A stretch of 64,000 nucleotides of DNA from Lama glama (taxonomy: Eukaryota), in NCBI GenBank assembly GCA_028534125.1, contig CM052839.1, forward strand, positions 14,074,001-14,138,000, read 5' to 3'. Positions 1 through 10,700 of the stretch are shown here, piece after piece. Each line of letters opens with the position of its first letter. Within the stretch, counting starts at the first letter, position 1. Position numbers and translations under genes: made by a program. Below the pieces are notes generated by a model. It ran no database searches. It was not told the DNA's origin and saw nothing but the letters and a program-made list of their open reading frames with translations.

Positions 1-3000
1 AGGAAAGCCCTCTGCCCTCTCTGGGCCTCAGTCTCTTCATCTGGAGGATGGGAGTGATAACCTTGCCCTGTCTCCTTCCCAAAGAGATGGATGTGACAGA
101 GTTGCCTGGCAGGGTATGTGGTGTCCCTACCTGGCCCTGCCTCTCCTCCCAGTTTGCCCCTGCTGAGAAAGCGGTGGCCATGTGGTCCTTGCCTCTCTGG
201 GTGCAGCTGATTCCTCCAGGGTGGACACTTGACCTCAGGCCATGTGCCCAGTCTGGCCAGTGACCAGATCGCTTTTAAAACTCTACTGTAAGAGGTAGGG
301 CTTGTTAGACAGAGGGGGGTGGGGGCAGAACGTAGAGGTAGCAGTTGTAGGACCCGAGGCCTCAGGAGCACCTCACTTCCCCCCCGCATCCTGTCACTCT
401 CTGCTCTTCCTCCCCCAAGAGCCAGTCGGCGCTCTGCAGTCCTGGAGGTGGTGCTAAGGGCTGGTGGCGTCTGCTGCAGGTGCCCCGGGGAGTGGAAGCG
501 GCACTTGATGGACACTGGGAAATCAGGGGTGGGGTGGACACAGGAACTGGGCCTCTGCCGCGGGGGATTCTGGGCTGGGGCCGCTGCCCGCTTGAGGAAA
601 ACGAGGGGCAGGGGTTTCACCCTTTCTGAGCCCAGAGATGCCCCTACCCCCCAGTGCTCCTTCTGGAGCCGGTGTCCAAATTAAGGCCCCGGCCACCATG
701 ATCGTGAGAGACTCTCACAACGGGGGTGGGGTGGGAAGTATGATCTCCACTCTCTGGGGAAGGAAACAGCCTCCGAGAGGTGAAGTGACTTGCTCAGGAT
801 CAACCAGCTTGAGGTGGGGTGGGTCCCGGGCCACCTTCCTTGCTAGGCCCGGGGAGGAGAGGCAGGGCCAGGTAGGGACACCTGCCTGGCACCTCTGTCA
901 CGTCCATTCCTCTGTGAAGGAGACAGCAGGGTTATCACTCCCTAGGCCCTGGGCCTTGCTTGCCTCCAGGCTCCTGGGTGCTCGGGCCCTCATGTGGGAG
1001 GGGAACAGCTCTGACCCTGGGCGGAGCTGACTGCAGAGCCTGGGCCTTCCGGGAGTTCCGGGCTGCAGGGCCCTGCTCAAACCCCTGGGAAGTCGGCCTG
1101 TATCCCTGTATCCCTGCTTGGCCTGCCCCCCTCCCCCACCCCCCCCAGGAGCCTGCGGCTGGCACACGTTGGCTTGTTAGTTCATTCACTTGTTCGGAGG
1201 TACTTGATGTTTGGAAGCCCACTGTGCACCAGACACCAAGCACCAGGGACACAGCTAAGGAGGAAACAGAAACCTGCCTCAAGGAGCTGACACTTGGCGC
1301 AGCGACGGCAACAAACAAGGAAAGAAGCAAAAAAAAGTAGGTCAGGTGATGTAAGTGCTGGTGGTGAGATAAAGCGGGGAGGTGGGTGTGCAGTGCTGAC
1401 CAGGGGCTGGCCATGGCTCCTGGGAGTGACCCGGGCCGAGAGCTGTGGAAGGGGAGGGACAGAGGCCTCGGGGAGCACGAGGGTCCTGACGTGCCGGAGG
1501 AACAGCAAGGCCAGTGGAGTGGAGGCAGGTGGCGGGCTGCAGGTGGACTTGCAAGTCATGAGCACCGCAAGGTTTCCGTACTGAACGGGCGGGGGCGGAA
1601 CGGAGGGGCTGGCAGCCAAGGGGGAAGGCCGTGGGCTGGACGTCGGCCCCCCACGTGGTGGCTTCGGATACCCGTTGTATGAGGAGTTGTGGGAACTGCA
1701 CAGATGGGGCTGACGGCACCCTTCAGGGAGTCAGTCCTCCGAGATGAGGTGAGTGGCCTGGGACAGACGCTTTGGGGCGACTGGGACGTCCAGGTGGAGA
1801 GTCAGGCGGGTGGCTTAGGCCCGTAGGTGGGGTGAGACAGAGGTTGGGGGTGATAGGTGAGGCTGTCTAGATGAGGCACAAAGAAGGGGGTGCCCCCAGC
1901 TCCAGCCCTTAAAGACCGTGTGGCCAGGCAGTGGGGAGGGGCTGCCGCCAGCTGTGCCTAGGGGTGCGAGCCGGCCGTGTGAGTGAGGTTAGAATAGTGT
2001 TTCAGCAGTGGGGGCGTTGGGCCTTGCCAGGAGCTGTCCTGGAGGCACGTGGAGAGGGCTGAGGGCTGAGGAAGGTGGACTTGGTAGAGCCAAGCCGTGA
2101 CGGCTCCAGGGCAGGGGGGTGGCCGCAAAGAGTGATGTGGGGGGGGGTGGCTAAGCGAGAAGACAGCCAGCTGCAGGCCAAGCAGAGAGGCCTTGGGAGA
2201 AACCAACCCTGCAACACCCTGACCTCCGACTTCCGGCCTGCAGGACCGTGAGGATATGACATCGGCTGTTCAGGCCACCAGCCTGGGTACCTGTTATGGG
2301 GTCCCCAGCGACTCACGGGCCAGCAGGAAACCAGCGGGGCAGACCCAGGAGGGAGAGCGAGAAGGGGGAGGCTGAGCGGCCCTTGTGGAGTGGGGTGGGC
2401 ATGCTGCCGCAGAGGGGGTGCTGCAGGTGAGTGTGGGGTGTGGGGGGCGAAGGGTTTTCCAGCCGGGGCTCAAGGTGGGCAGAGCCGGTCCAGAGGAGCT
2501 GCCAAGGGAGCCAGAGGGGCCGGCGCTGCGGGGAGACATGAGTGCAGGGAGCGCAGCTGGAGCCGGGCCCAGACAGGGGGGTCTCGAGGACAGGCGCGCC
2601 TTGGGATTTTTGCCAAAGGTTTCTGAGATGGGGATGTTCAGGGTCTGAGCTGCAGAGGGAGGGTCGGGGATGGACAGTCACGCCCTGGGCCCTCCGGAAG
2701 CACAGCCCTGCTGTCTGGGGACAGGCTGAGGTGAGGTGTGGGCACTGCTGGCCTTCAGACAGACAGCCCGGCCGTCCAAGCGTGTCATCCTGGGCAGAGC
2801 CTCCCTGCACAGAAGGCCAAGGAGGGTGGGTCACAGGAACAGGGGGGCGCCTGCGGCAGAGAGCTTTGGGAGGTGGTGGGGGAGCTTCTCAAAGCCTAGG
2901 GACGCCTCCCCCATCACGAGTTCACACAGACGCGGCCTCACACAGGCTGGACGGTAACCATCCTGACCACAGAACCAGAAGACCAAGCACCCAACACAGA

Positions 3001-3458
3001 GACACACAGACGCAGCCCAGGAACAAGCCCATCCAAGGGGGAGAGACAGGGCCTGGCGGCCAGAGCCTGGGACACTGCCTGCCTGAGCCCGCACCGGCCC
3101 AGGACTCCAAGGCCTCCAGCTTCACCTGCATCTTTTCCCAGCCTGCCTGGGGGACAGAACAGGCCTGGTTTTGACACCCTGTGAACCCAGGGCATCTCCT
3201 TACCTGTGAGGCAGGAGGCGGTACTGACCATCACCCAGGCAGAAACCCTCCCACGGGACCCTGTGGCCAGGCCTCGTGGCACCATCGCCAAGAGGCAGAC
3301 TGTGGGCATCACCGCGCTCGTCTTACAGACAAAACTGAGGCCCACAGAGACCTCACAGTGAGGTGGGGGCCAGGCCCCAGCTCGGCCACCGCCCTCTCCT
3401 CTTCCCCTGCCACCTAGGGGCTCGTGGCCGACCCCAGTGGCCCAGGGAGTCTCCTTAC

Positions 3459-3580
3459 CTGGGCCCCGTGGCCTGCTCCCTAACCGCATGCCACCTGCGG
3501 GGGTCCTCGGCGGGCCCAGATGAGCTGTGCTGTGGGAGGGAGGCCCAGCCCACCACACTGACCGCCTGGGGCCCCATGCA
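3459..3580 (-). other. MYO15A: Probable non-coding exon 1 of MYO15A (unconventional myosin XVa); 1-3458 would be intron 1. The 5' boundary is approximate.
   Basis: Strong donor CCCAG|GTAAGG (gt at 3458-3457). MYO15A lies directly downstream of DRG2 on the same strand in human and mouse. The minus-strand blocks CTTTCCAGTGACAAAACAGGAATAATAGA and GGGCCCCAGGCGGTCA resemble the mouse Myo15 promoter/exon 1 as I recall it. No MYO15A coding sequence is in the window. Confidence 0.65.
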
Positions 3581-3720
3581 TGTTTAATGAGTTCTATTAT
3601 TCCTGTTTTGTCACTGGAAAGGAGCCTGAACAGCTGACAGAGGAGCCAAGAACAGCCAAGGGCCAAGCAGTGGCTCACGCTCCAACCTGGTGCCTGGACC
3701 CCGGGGCCTCCCTGCTCCTC
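3560..3720 (-). promoter_or_regulatory. MYO15A: MYO15A proximal promoter with POU4F-like and E-box motifs
   Basis: ATGCATGTTTAATGAG at 3576-3591 (POU4F-like) and AACAGCTGAC at 3629-3638 (bHLH E-box), in an AT-rich patch just upstream of the putative exon 1. Confidence 0.55.
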
Positions 3721-4150
3721 TGACCGGCCCAACGCCAGGCAGCATCACAAAGCCCGTGACCCTGTGCCCCAACAAGGTACACCTCCACCAGGAAGCCGTC
3801 TCTGAGGAAGCCCTGGCCTGAGGTTCAGATCCCAGTGCCGCACGTACAAGCTGTGCGGCCGAGGCCCCCACCCTGCCCGCTGAGATGTGTCCACTCTCCC
3901 CTGGGACCTTCCTAGGGGTGCTGCCCACCTCGGCAGCCAGCCGTGGGAGTCGCCACACCTACAGCCCTGGCCAGCCCTCCGGAGCACAGCCCACCCTGGA
4001 GGAGCCTGTACCCCAGCTTGGGCCTGCTCCCGCGGGGCCCAGGCCTCCCCACACCCCAATCACTAGGCTCCCTGCTGCCCCGACCCAACCTGGCACCCAG
4101 TTCCTCCAACTTATAAAACCGTCCTCAGGGAACAGGAATTGTCCTCATCC

Positions 4151-4156
4151 TTTATT
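4151..4156 (-). terminator. DRG2: DRG2 polyadenylation signal AATAAA
   Basis: tttatt on the + strand, about 550 nt downstream of the DRG2 stop codon. Confidence 0.65.
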
Positions 4157-4704
4157 TCAGGAAGGGGAGCTGAGGCGGGGGACTTAGAAAACCCAGAGTC
4201 CAGGCCACAAAGCCCCCACCCCAGCTGTCTGCACAGGGTCTCGGTCCCAGGCTTTGTGCCAGGCAAGGGCTGCTCTGAGAGAGGGCGGCCCTTCTGGACC
4301 TTTAAGGCCCCGGACCCCTGGCTTCCATCATGGGGCAGACTCAGGGCAGGGGCGTTAGGGGCTTCTGTCCTGGGAGGCCCCCTCCCTGAGAACCAGAGAC
4401 GCTGGCCGGAGCTGAGGGACCCCCACAGTAACTACTGCCTCCCGGGGCGCAGGCAGACCCAGCTCTGAGCATGCCCTCTGCACGGGGCCGCGGCCACAGG
4501 TAGGTGGGCAACTTGATCCCTCGGTGCCCGTGGGAGCAGGGGCCAACCCAGCCCGTGCCCCCAGCCCGTCCTGGTGCCCTAGCACACTCTTCATCATCTG
4601 CCCACTGAAGAGACTTCTGGACACAGCAGAGACTTGAGAGCCCCCTTCCTGGGATGTATTTGTATCTTCCCAGTTTGGGCTCCAGGGGGTGCAGGGCGGG
4701 GGTG

Positions 4705-4791
4705 CTACTTCTTCACGATCTGGATGACATCCTCGTGCTCCATGGTGTGTGTCAGGCCCACCCGCTGCGGGCTGTACTTGGTGCTGGTGCC
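4705..4791 (-). CDS. DRG2: DRG2 exon 13 (coding part)
   Basis: [28 protein letters not shown], stop TAG. Confidence 0.96.
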   Translation of the reverse strand, partial: GTSTKYSPQRVGLTHTMEHEDVIQIVKK

Positions 4792-7700
4792 CTGGGTGGG
4801 GAGCAGGACACGGGCTGCATCAGCCTCTGCACGCACCCGGCAGGAGCTTCCCGGGAGCAGGGCAGGGGTCACAGCACCAGCGTAACAGCAGGGCTCCTCC
4901 AAAGCGGGAGGCCCGTGTCCAGCCTGGGTCGGCCTACACACTTCACCCACCCCCCACCTGAGACTCACCCACACCAGTGCGTACTTGAACTGGCTGGCGA
5001 GTGACCGGTGGATGCGGTGGCACTGGGGGATGGGAGAGAGTTGGGCAGTGAGATAAGACTGCACCCAGCCCCGCAACCAGCTTGGCCCCACGCCTGAGCC
5101 CTGGGCACGTGCCAAGAAGCAGCCATTTCTCAGGTGGGCGCTCCGACGGCACCAGGGCTTGGCCACCATGCAGCCTTGAGCTCATGGCTGCAGGTGCTCT
5201 GACGCTCCCACTGCCCACCTCCAGGTCAACCGAGGGCTGTGTGCCCAGTTAGAATGTTCCTGCAGCCACTGGATGGTCTGGACCTGGTGGGCAGTGGCCC
5301 TCCACTCGCCTTGCCGGAGCAGCAGCCCTGACAGGTGCTCCTCGGCGGGGCAAGAGTGGTTTTCAGGACCTGGAGTCCCTGCCCTGGTCGCTGCCTGTCA
5401 CACCTCCCACCATAGCAGGCGTCAGCCTAGGGCCCGCTGGGGGCCAGGAGAGCGTCAGGGAGCCCCATCGGCTCACCACGTGCTCCACGGAGGCCCCTTT
5501 CCGGAGGATGATGGCGTCTGTGAAGTCCGGCCTCTCTGCACAGGGTTGGGGGGGGTCGACCAGTCAGGGCCTACACTGCCATGCGGTTCCCTCCACAGGG
5601 AATGGAGCCCCACGCCGTCTCCTGCCCACCCCCAACTCCTTGGCACGCCCCCAAGAGCTCCGAGCAGTCTATAGCCTTGATGCGACATAGAAAACCAAAA
5701 CACACCCAAGTGCAGGGTGCAGCCCGGGCAGCGCCGGCCAAGGGGGGCCAAAGGGCGGTCACGTTTCCCTCGGCCTCCCCAGGCTCAACCGCCAGGCCCC
5801 AGGCTGTGCTGCGTGCACAGAGGTGGGGTATGGGGGCGGCTCCTGTGTTCCCAATCCCCTGAGGCCCTGACGTGGGGTCTCTGCCTCAGAGCAGCCCCTC
5901 ACCCAGGCCTCCCCCGCCAGGGCACCCCAACACCGGCCGCCCCAGGACTTGGCATCTCTGCTGTAAGGGCTCAGGCCAAGGTCTCTACCGGGGTGGGGCG
6001 GGGGCAGTGCCACCTCTGAGACGGGAGAAAAGCGTGTCCCGTAAAGACTAGCCGGGCCGGGCCCCCGGGGGGGGGAGCAGCTCAGCCCCCCTCTCGGCTG
6101 CGTGCTTCCTGACTCACGGCCTCTCTTCTTGGTGTAGATGCAGGTGAGGGCCAGGTACTCCCACAGCACTTCCAGCAGGTAGTCCAGGTTCAGCTTCATG
6201 CCGCAGCTGCCAGGAGGAAGGGGGCGCTCAGGGGACCCCCACAGGCCCAAAGGCCTGTGGCTGAGCCAGCACTGGGGGCACCAAACCCACAGCTCTGATG
6301 GCGGCCTCAGCCGCCAACGCCTCCGCCCCAACCACGATCATGCCCGGCAGAGCTGGGCCGTCTCTCCTGCGCTCCGAGGGGGCCTACGGCATCTGTAACT
6401 GACGGGGCACCGGGACATGGGGCTTCCCTCCGGGCACCTGCCATGAGGAGACGGGACCCTGGACAGAGACTGATGACCCAGAGCTGCCCTCCCGAGCCAG
6501 CAGGGACCTCAGTGATGGAGTGGGCCAGTGTGGTCCTCTGCAGGTGTATCACCCTGAGCAGGGATCCCGAACCCCAGAGGAGGGAGCGTGAGAGGTGCAG
6601 GTGTGGTACGTAGGTGCACTCGTGCCCGAGGACGGGGCCTGGGATGCCTGAGCAGGAGAGGGACCGAGCTGTCCCGCAGGAAGGACGCCCACTCTCTGCT
6701 GCTCTTTGGGGCAGCCGGCAACACCCAGGAAGTGGTCCTCGCACTCGGGCCAGGACGCTCCCCTACCTGGTCCCGGAGGTCTTGTCTCCTACAAGCCAAG
6801 CCTCACTGTGAGGTTACAGAGTGCCTGGGTGGCTAGCGAACCACCGAGGTGAGGCCCAAAGCCAGGCTGCCCCAACAGAAGGACCCGCAGCGATGCTGGG
6901 ACCTGAGCAACAGCTATAGGCCAGAGCGCAGGCGGCTCCCCAGAACCCACCTGAAAACTTCAATCCCTCCTCCCTCCTGGGTGTGGAGGCAAAGCCACAT
7001 TTTCCTGCGTGTCAGGAGCAGCGGGCCAATGGCATGGGACTCACTAGGGGTCTGCGCTTCACAACTAAGCCATGAAGCCCCTGACCATCCTCACCCACCT
7101 ACCTCGGTGGATGCCCACCCGCCATCCACCTGCCTGGCCAGCTCAGGGTGGGACCGGCCAAGGTCACCGGTAGCTACCAGGATGGCCTCCTCTGCCCTGG
7201 CCGCGTGCAGGCCCTGCAGGGCCCAGGGTGCTGGAGGCCTGCCGGACGGGCTGGTGCTCAGAGAGGGCAGCCAGGTGCCTACCTGATGACCACACTGTCG
7301 GGTTTCCGGGCCAGGCGGTCCACTTCTTCCATCGAGATCTGGTCGATTTTGTTATAAACCTGGGGGTGGAAAGGTGGAGGTGGGTGCTGGGGAAGGAAAC
7401 GGACAGAGCAGGAAAAGGAACCCCAATGGAGTCTCAAGGATAGGGAGAGGCTGAAGAGACCTGAGGCCCCCCGCCCCCCAGAGAGAGGCCAGACATGTCT
7501 GCGGGACTCGAGCAGCCCCTGGGCGGAGGGGAGCCTGTCTCCTGCCGGAGTCAGTCTGGGGCCAGGGCTCTCCCCTCACAGGGTGCCTGGGGGCTGGTGC
7601 CACTCACATACAAGCAGGGCATGTAAACCCGGTTGCCCACAATCACATCGATGAACTCGTCTGGGGAGCAGTCTTCGCGGAAGAGCACCTCGGCGTTGAA

Positions 7701-10700
7701 GATCTCTGAGGGCTCAGGTTAAGGGCAGCCCTACGCCTGCCTCCCTGCGCGCCCCCGCCCCCAGGAGGGCCTGACACAGCCCACCAGGAGACCCTGTGCC
7801 GCTGAGCTCGGCTCTGCCTCTAGGACTCGGGACTCGCGGGCCCCTGACACTTCGGTGGCGCGCACAGGCCCCTGGTCCTCCCTGAGGCCTCTCCGGCCCA
7901 GGAGCCCCGAACTTGGCTGTGACGCCCGCCCTCTCATCTTCCTTCCAGACGTGACCAGCTGCCACGGTGCCTGGACCTGGCAAGGAGCCAGGAGGCCACT
8001 GCTGAGTGCGAAGCTGCAGGGCGGCCACCTGGAGCTTGGCGAGCACAGGGCAGAGGGGCCAGGCCGTGTGAGCCGGCGCGCTGTTGTGCTGCGCACGGAG
8101 CCGGGGTGGCCGGGCCGTCTGCGTCACCCCCACCCACTGCCCGCCCGAAGGAAGGATACTGTATTCGTGCAGAATCAGCTGCACCAGCTTCTCGGAGCAC
8201 TGGGTCAGCGTGACTGTCGAGTTAAAGGAGATGCCACCTCCCTTCTTGGGCTGGAGGGGGAGGGGCGCTGCTGATGGGGCGGCCGCCACAGCCTCTGCCT
8301 CCACCAGTCCTGGGCGCCCGGCGGCGCCTGCCCGCCCAGAGCCGGAGCCTCACCTTGAAGTAGATGTTGGGCTTGTGCTTGTTGAGACGGATGCCCACCG
8401 ACTCCAGCTCCTTCTCCAGCAGAGACCTGGGTGGAGCCCCGTGGCCTTCGCAGGTGCCCAGGGCAGGAGGCGCAGCCCCGGGCGACACAGCAAGCCTCCC
8501 ACCGCCCCCCAGACAAAGACAGGCCCTTCCGCCCTGCTACGTCCCTTCCCAGTAGCCAAGGTCATCAAGGAGGAGCCTGGATCCTCTGCCTTGTGGGCAA
8601 AGCAGGCCTCTGGGCGGGTTCTGGGCAGTGGTGAGGGCACCAGGGGCCGCCGCAGGCCGGGGCCAGAGCCGGGACAACACAGCCCACCCCGCCTGACGCC
8701 CTGGGCCAGACTCAGGCCTGTCAGAGAGAACGCTGCAGGCTGGCTACACATGGTTCGGCCTGTGGACGGTCCTGCCACAACTCCCGTGTGAGGGGGCCAA
8801 GCGCCTCTTGGACCACCCACCCAGAGCTCAGGGACACACGGACTGCAGCCAATGCCCCCACCACGCCCGGGCCTCCCCAGACGCGCCAGCCTGCCCCGCC
8901 CCACCGCGGACCTCTGCACCTCTCCCTTGGTAGCATCCAGCATCATGATGACCACGTCCGCTGTGCGTGCCACGGCGATCACCTGCCGGCCGCGGCCTTT
9001 CCCTGGTCAGGAGGGAGAGACATGTTTACACAGTGACATGGGCAGAACCGTGTGACCCCCTAGCCCATGGCACCCAGACTCCCGTCCCTTACAGACCCAA
9101 AATGGTCTCTGCCCACAGTGACTTCCCTGGCATTTCTCTTTAACCCCCGTGCTGCGTCCTCATGGAGACGTGTCTCAGGAGGAAATCCGACCACCACCTT
9201 GGGAGGAGTAGCGTCCCAACCCTCGCTGTGCAGCAGGTCCCCAGCTGAGGCTCCACCACCTCCTCACTCAACCCTTGGAGCTACACTGGGTGGTTGTGTT
9301 ATCACACCCATTCCATGCACGAGAAAACTGAGGCTTGGCTTAGAGACACTCAACCACGTGCCCAAGATCACAAAGCTACGTGGTTCCAGACATGACTTGC
9401 ATGCCCTTCCTGGAGCAAGGGCTGCAGGGAGGAGGCAGCAGACAATGCAGCAGGAGGTGCCACAGGAGCTGCCACCAAGGTCAGACCCTGCCATTAAATG
9501 ACCAGAGAAGGCAGGCACCAGGCCAGGGTCACACAGCAAGACAGGGGCTGACGTTCCAGCACTAGACCCAGGCGATATGTGTTTCTACCATGACCTGACT
9601 CTACTTCAGAGAACGAGGGGGTTGGACTCAGTGATCTCCGAGGGTCGGTGGCCTCCTGACTCTGCAGGGCCCCTATTCAAGCAGGCAGGACCTCGCCCTG
9701 ATGAGGGTGGTGGACAGCAGGCGCAGAGGGCAGGTGGCACCAGATACCCAAGGAGGAGGCTGTGCTGCCCACAGCCAGAGGCGGGCTCTGACCCCAGCTC
9801 TGCACCTGACAGGTGAGAAGTCATTTAAGGCAGACGCTTCAGGTGTCTGTCCCCTAGCTTCCTCCTGGCCTCAGTACTCCCCGAGTCAGCGAGCTGGCTG
9901 AGAATGAGTGAGAGGACGGTCAGCACAGAGCCAACGCCCGGCAGCTGCTGGGGACCCCAAGCTGGCAGCCATCTCTGGAGACACTGCGGGTGGCCACCTG
10001 CCCCCAGAAGCCACAGACATGTCCCATCCCAGAAAGCAGACTGAAAACGGAGGATGGAGCTCCAGACTAGGAGCACGGACTGAGCCAGGCTCTGACATGT
10101 CTGTCCCTGGCAGGGTCCCCCAGGGGTGCAGCGAGCCACTGGCTGGATGGGGGACCTCAAGCCTACCCGGGGAGCTGTGTGACCCTGGGCGAGTCACCCA
10201 CCTCCTGGGTCTTAGCTCCAGGGCCAGAGGCCCTAAGTAACAGAGCCCTGGGCACAGGGAGGGGACAAGCCCGCCCATCCTGTCAATCCTTGACAGCTGC
10301 CCAACACGTGGAGGTAGGGGTCTCCCACCCGCCTGCTCCCACCTCTCACCTTGTGCTGCGCCTTCGATGATTCCAGGGAGATCCAGGAGCTGGATGTTGG
10401 CGCCTTTGTACTAGGATGCATGGGAGAGGAAGGTTAGGTGAGAGCTGGTCGGCTGGGAAGGGCCTGAAGCCGGGGCAGCCTCCAGGGCCAAGTCTGAGCC
10501 AGTCCCGCCCCAGCCAGGCACAGACCATGCCAGCCTGGGAGGGGCTCTTGAGTTTTCACAAACCCACACACCCAGCGCTGACAGTGACAGCTCTTACAAA
10601 TAAACCCCTTCACCGCGGGAGGCCCCAGGCCCCAGGCCCCAGGCCCCTGGCTGACCAAGGCACCGAAGTTCACGGGAAACAGAAGGCTGGCCAACCAGCC

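Noticed and set aside
1-3400. Many 100-260 aa ORFs in the first 3.4 kb
   Set aside because: Low-complexity P/G/R/A translations with no myosin or other domain similarity; consistent with MYO15A intron 1.
10619-10650. Short tandem repeats (GGCCCCA)n here and (GGTCAG)3 near 62334
   Set aside because: Three or four copies of simple repeats with no spacers; not CRISPR-like and not otherwise informative.
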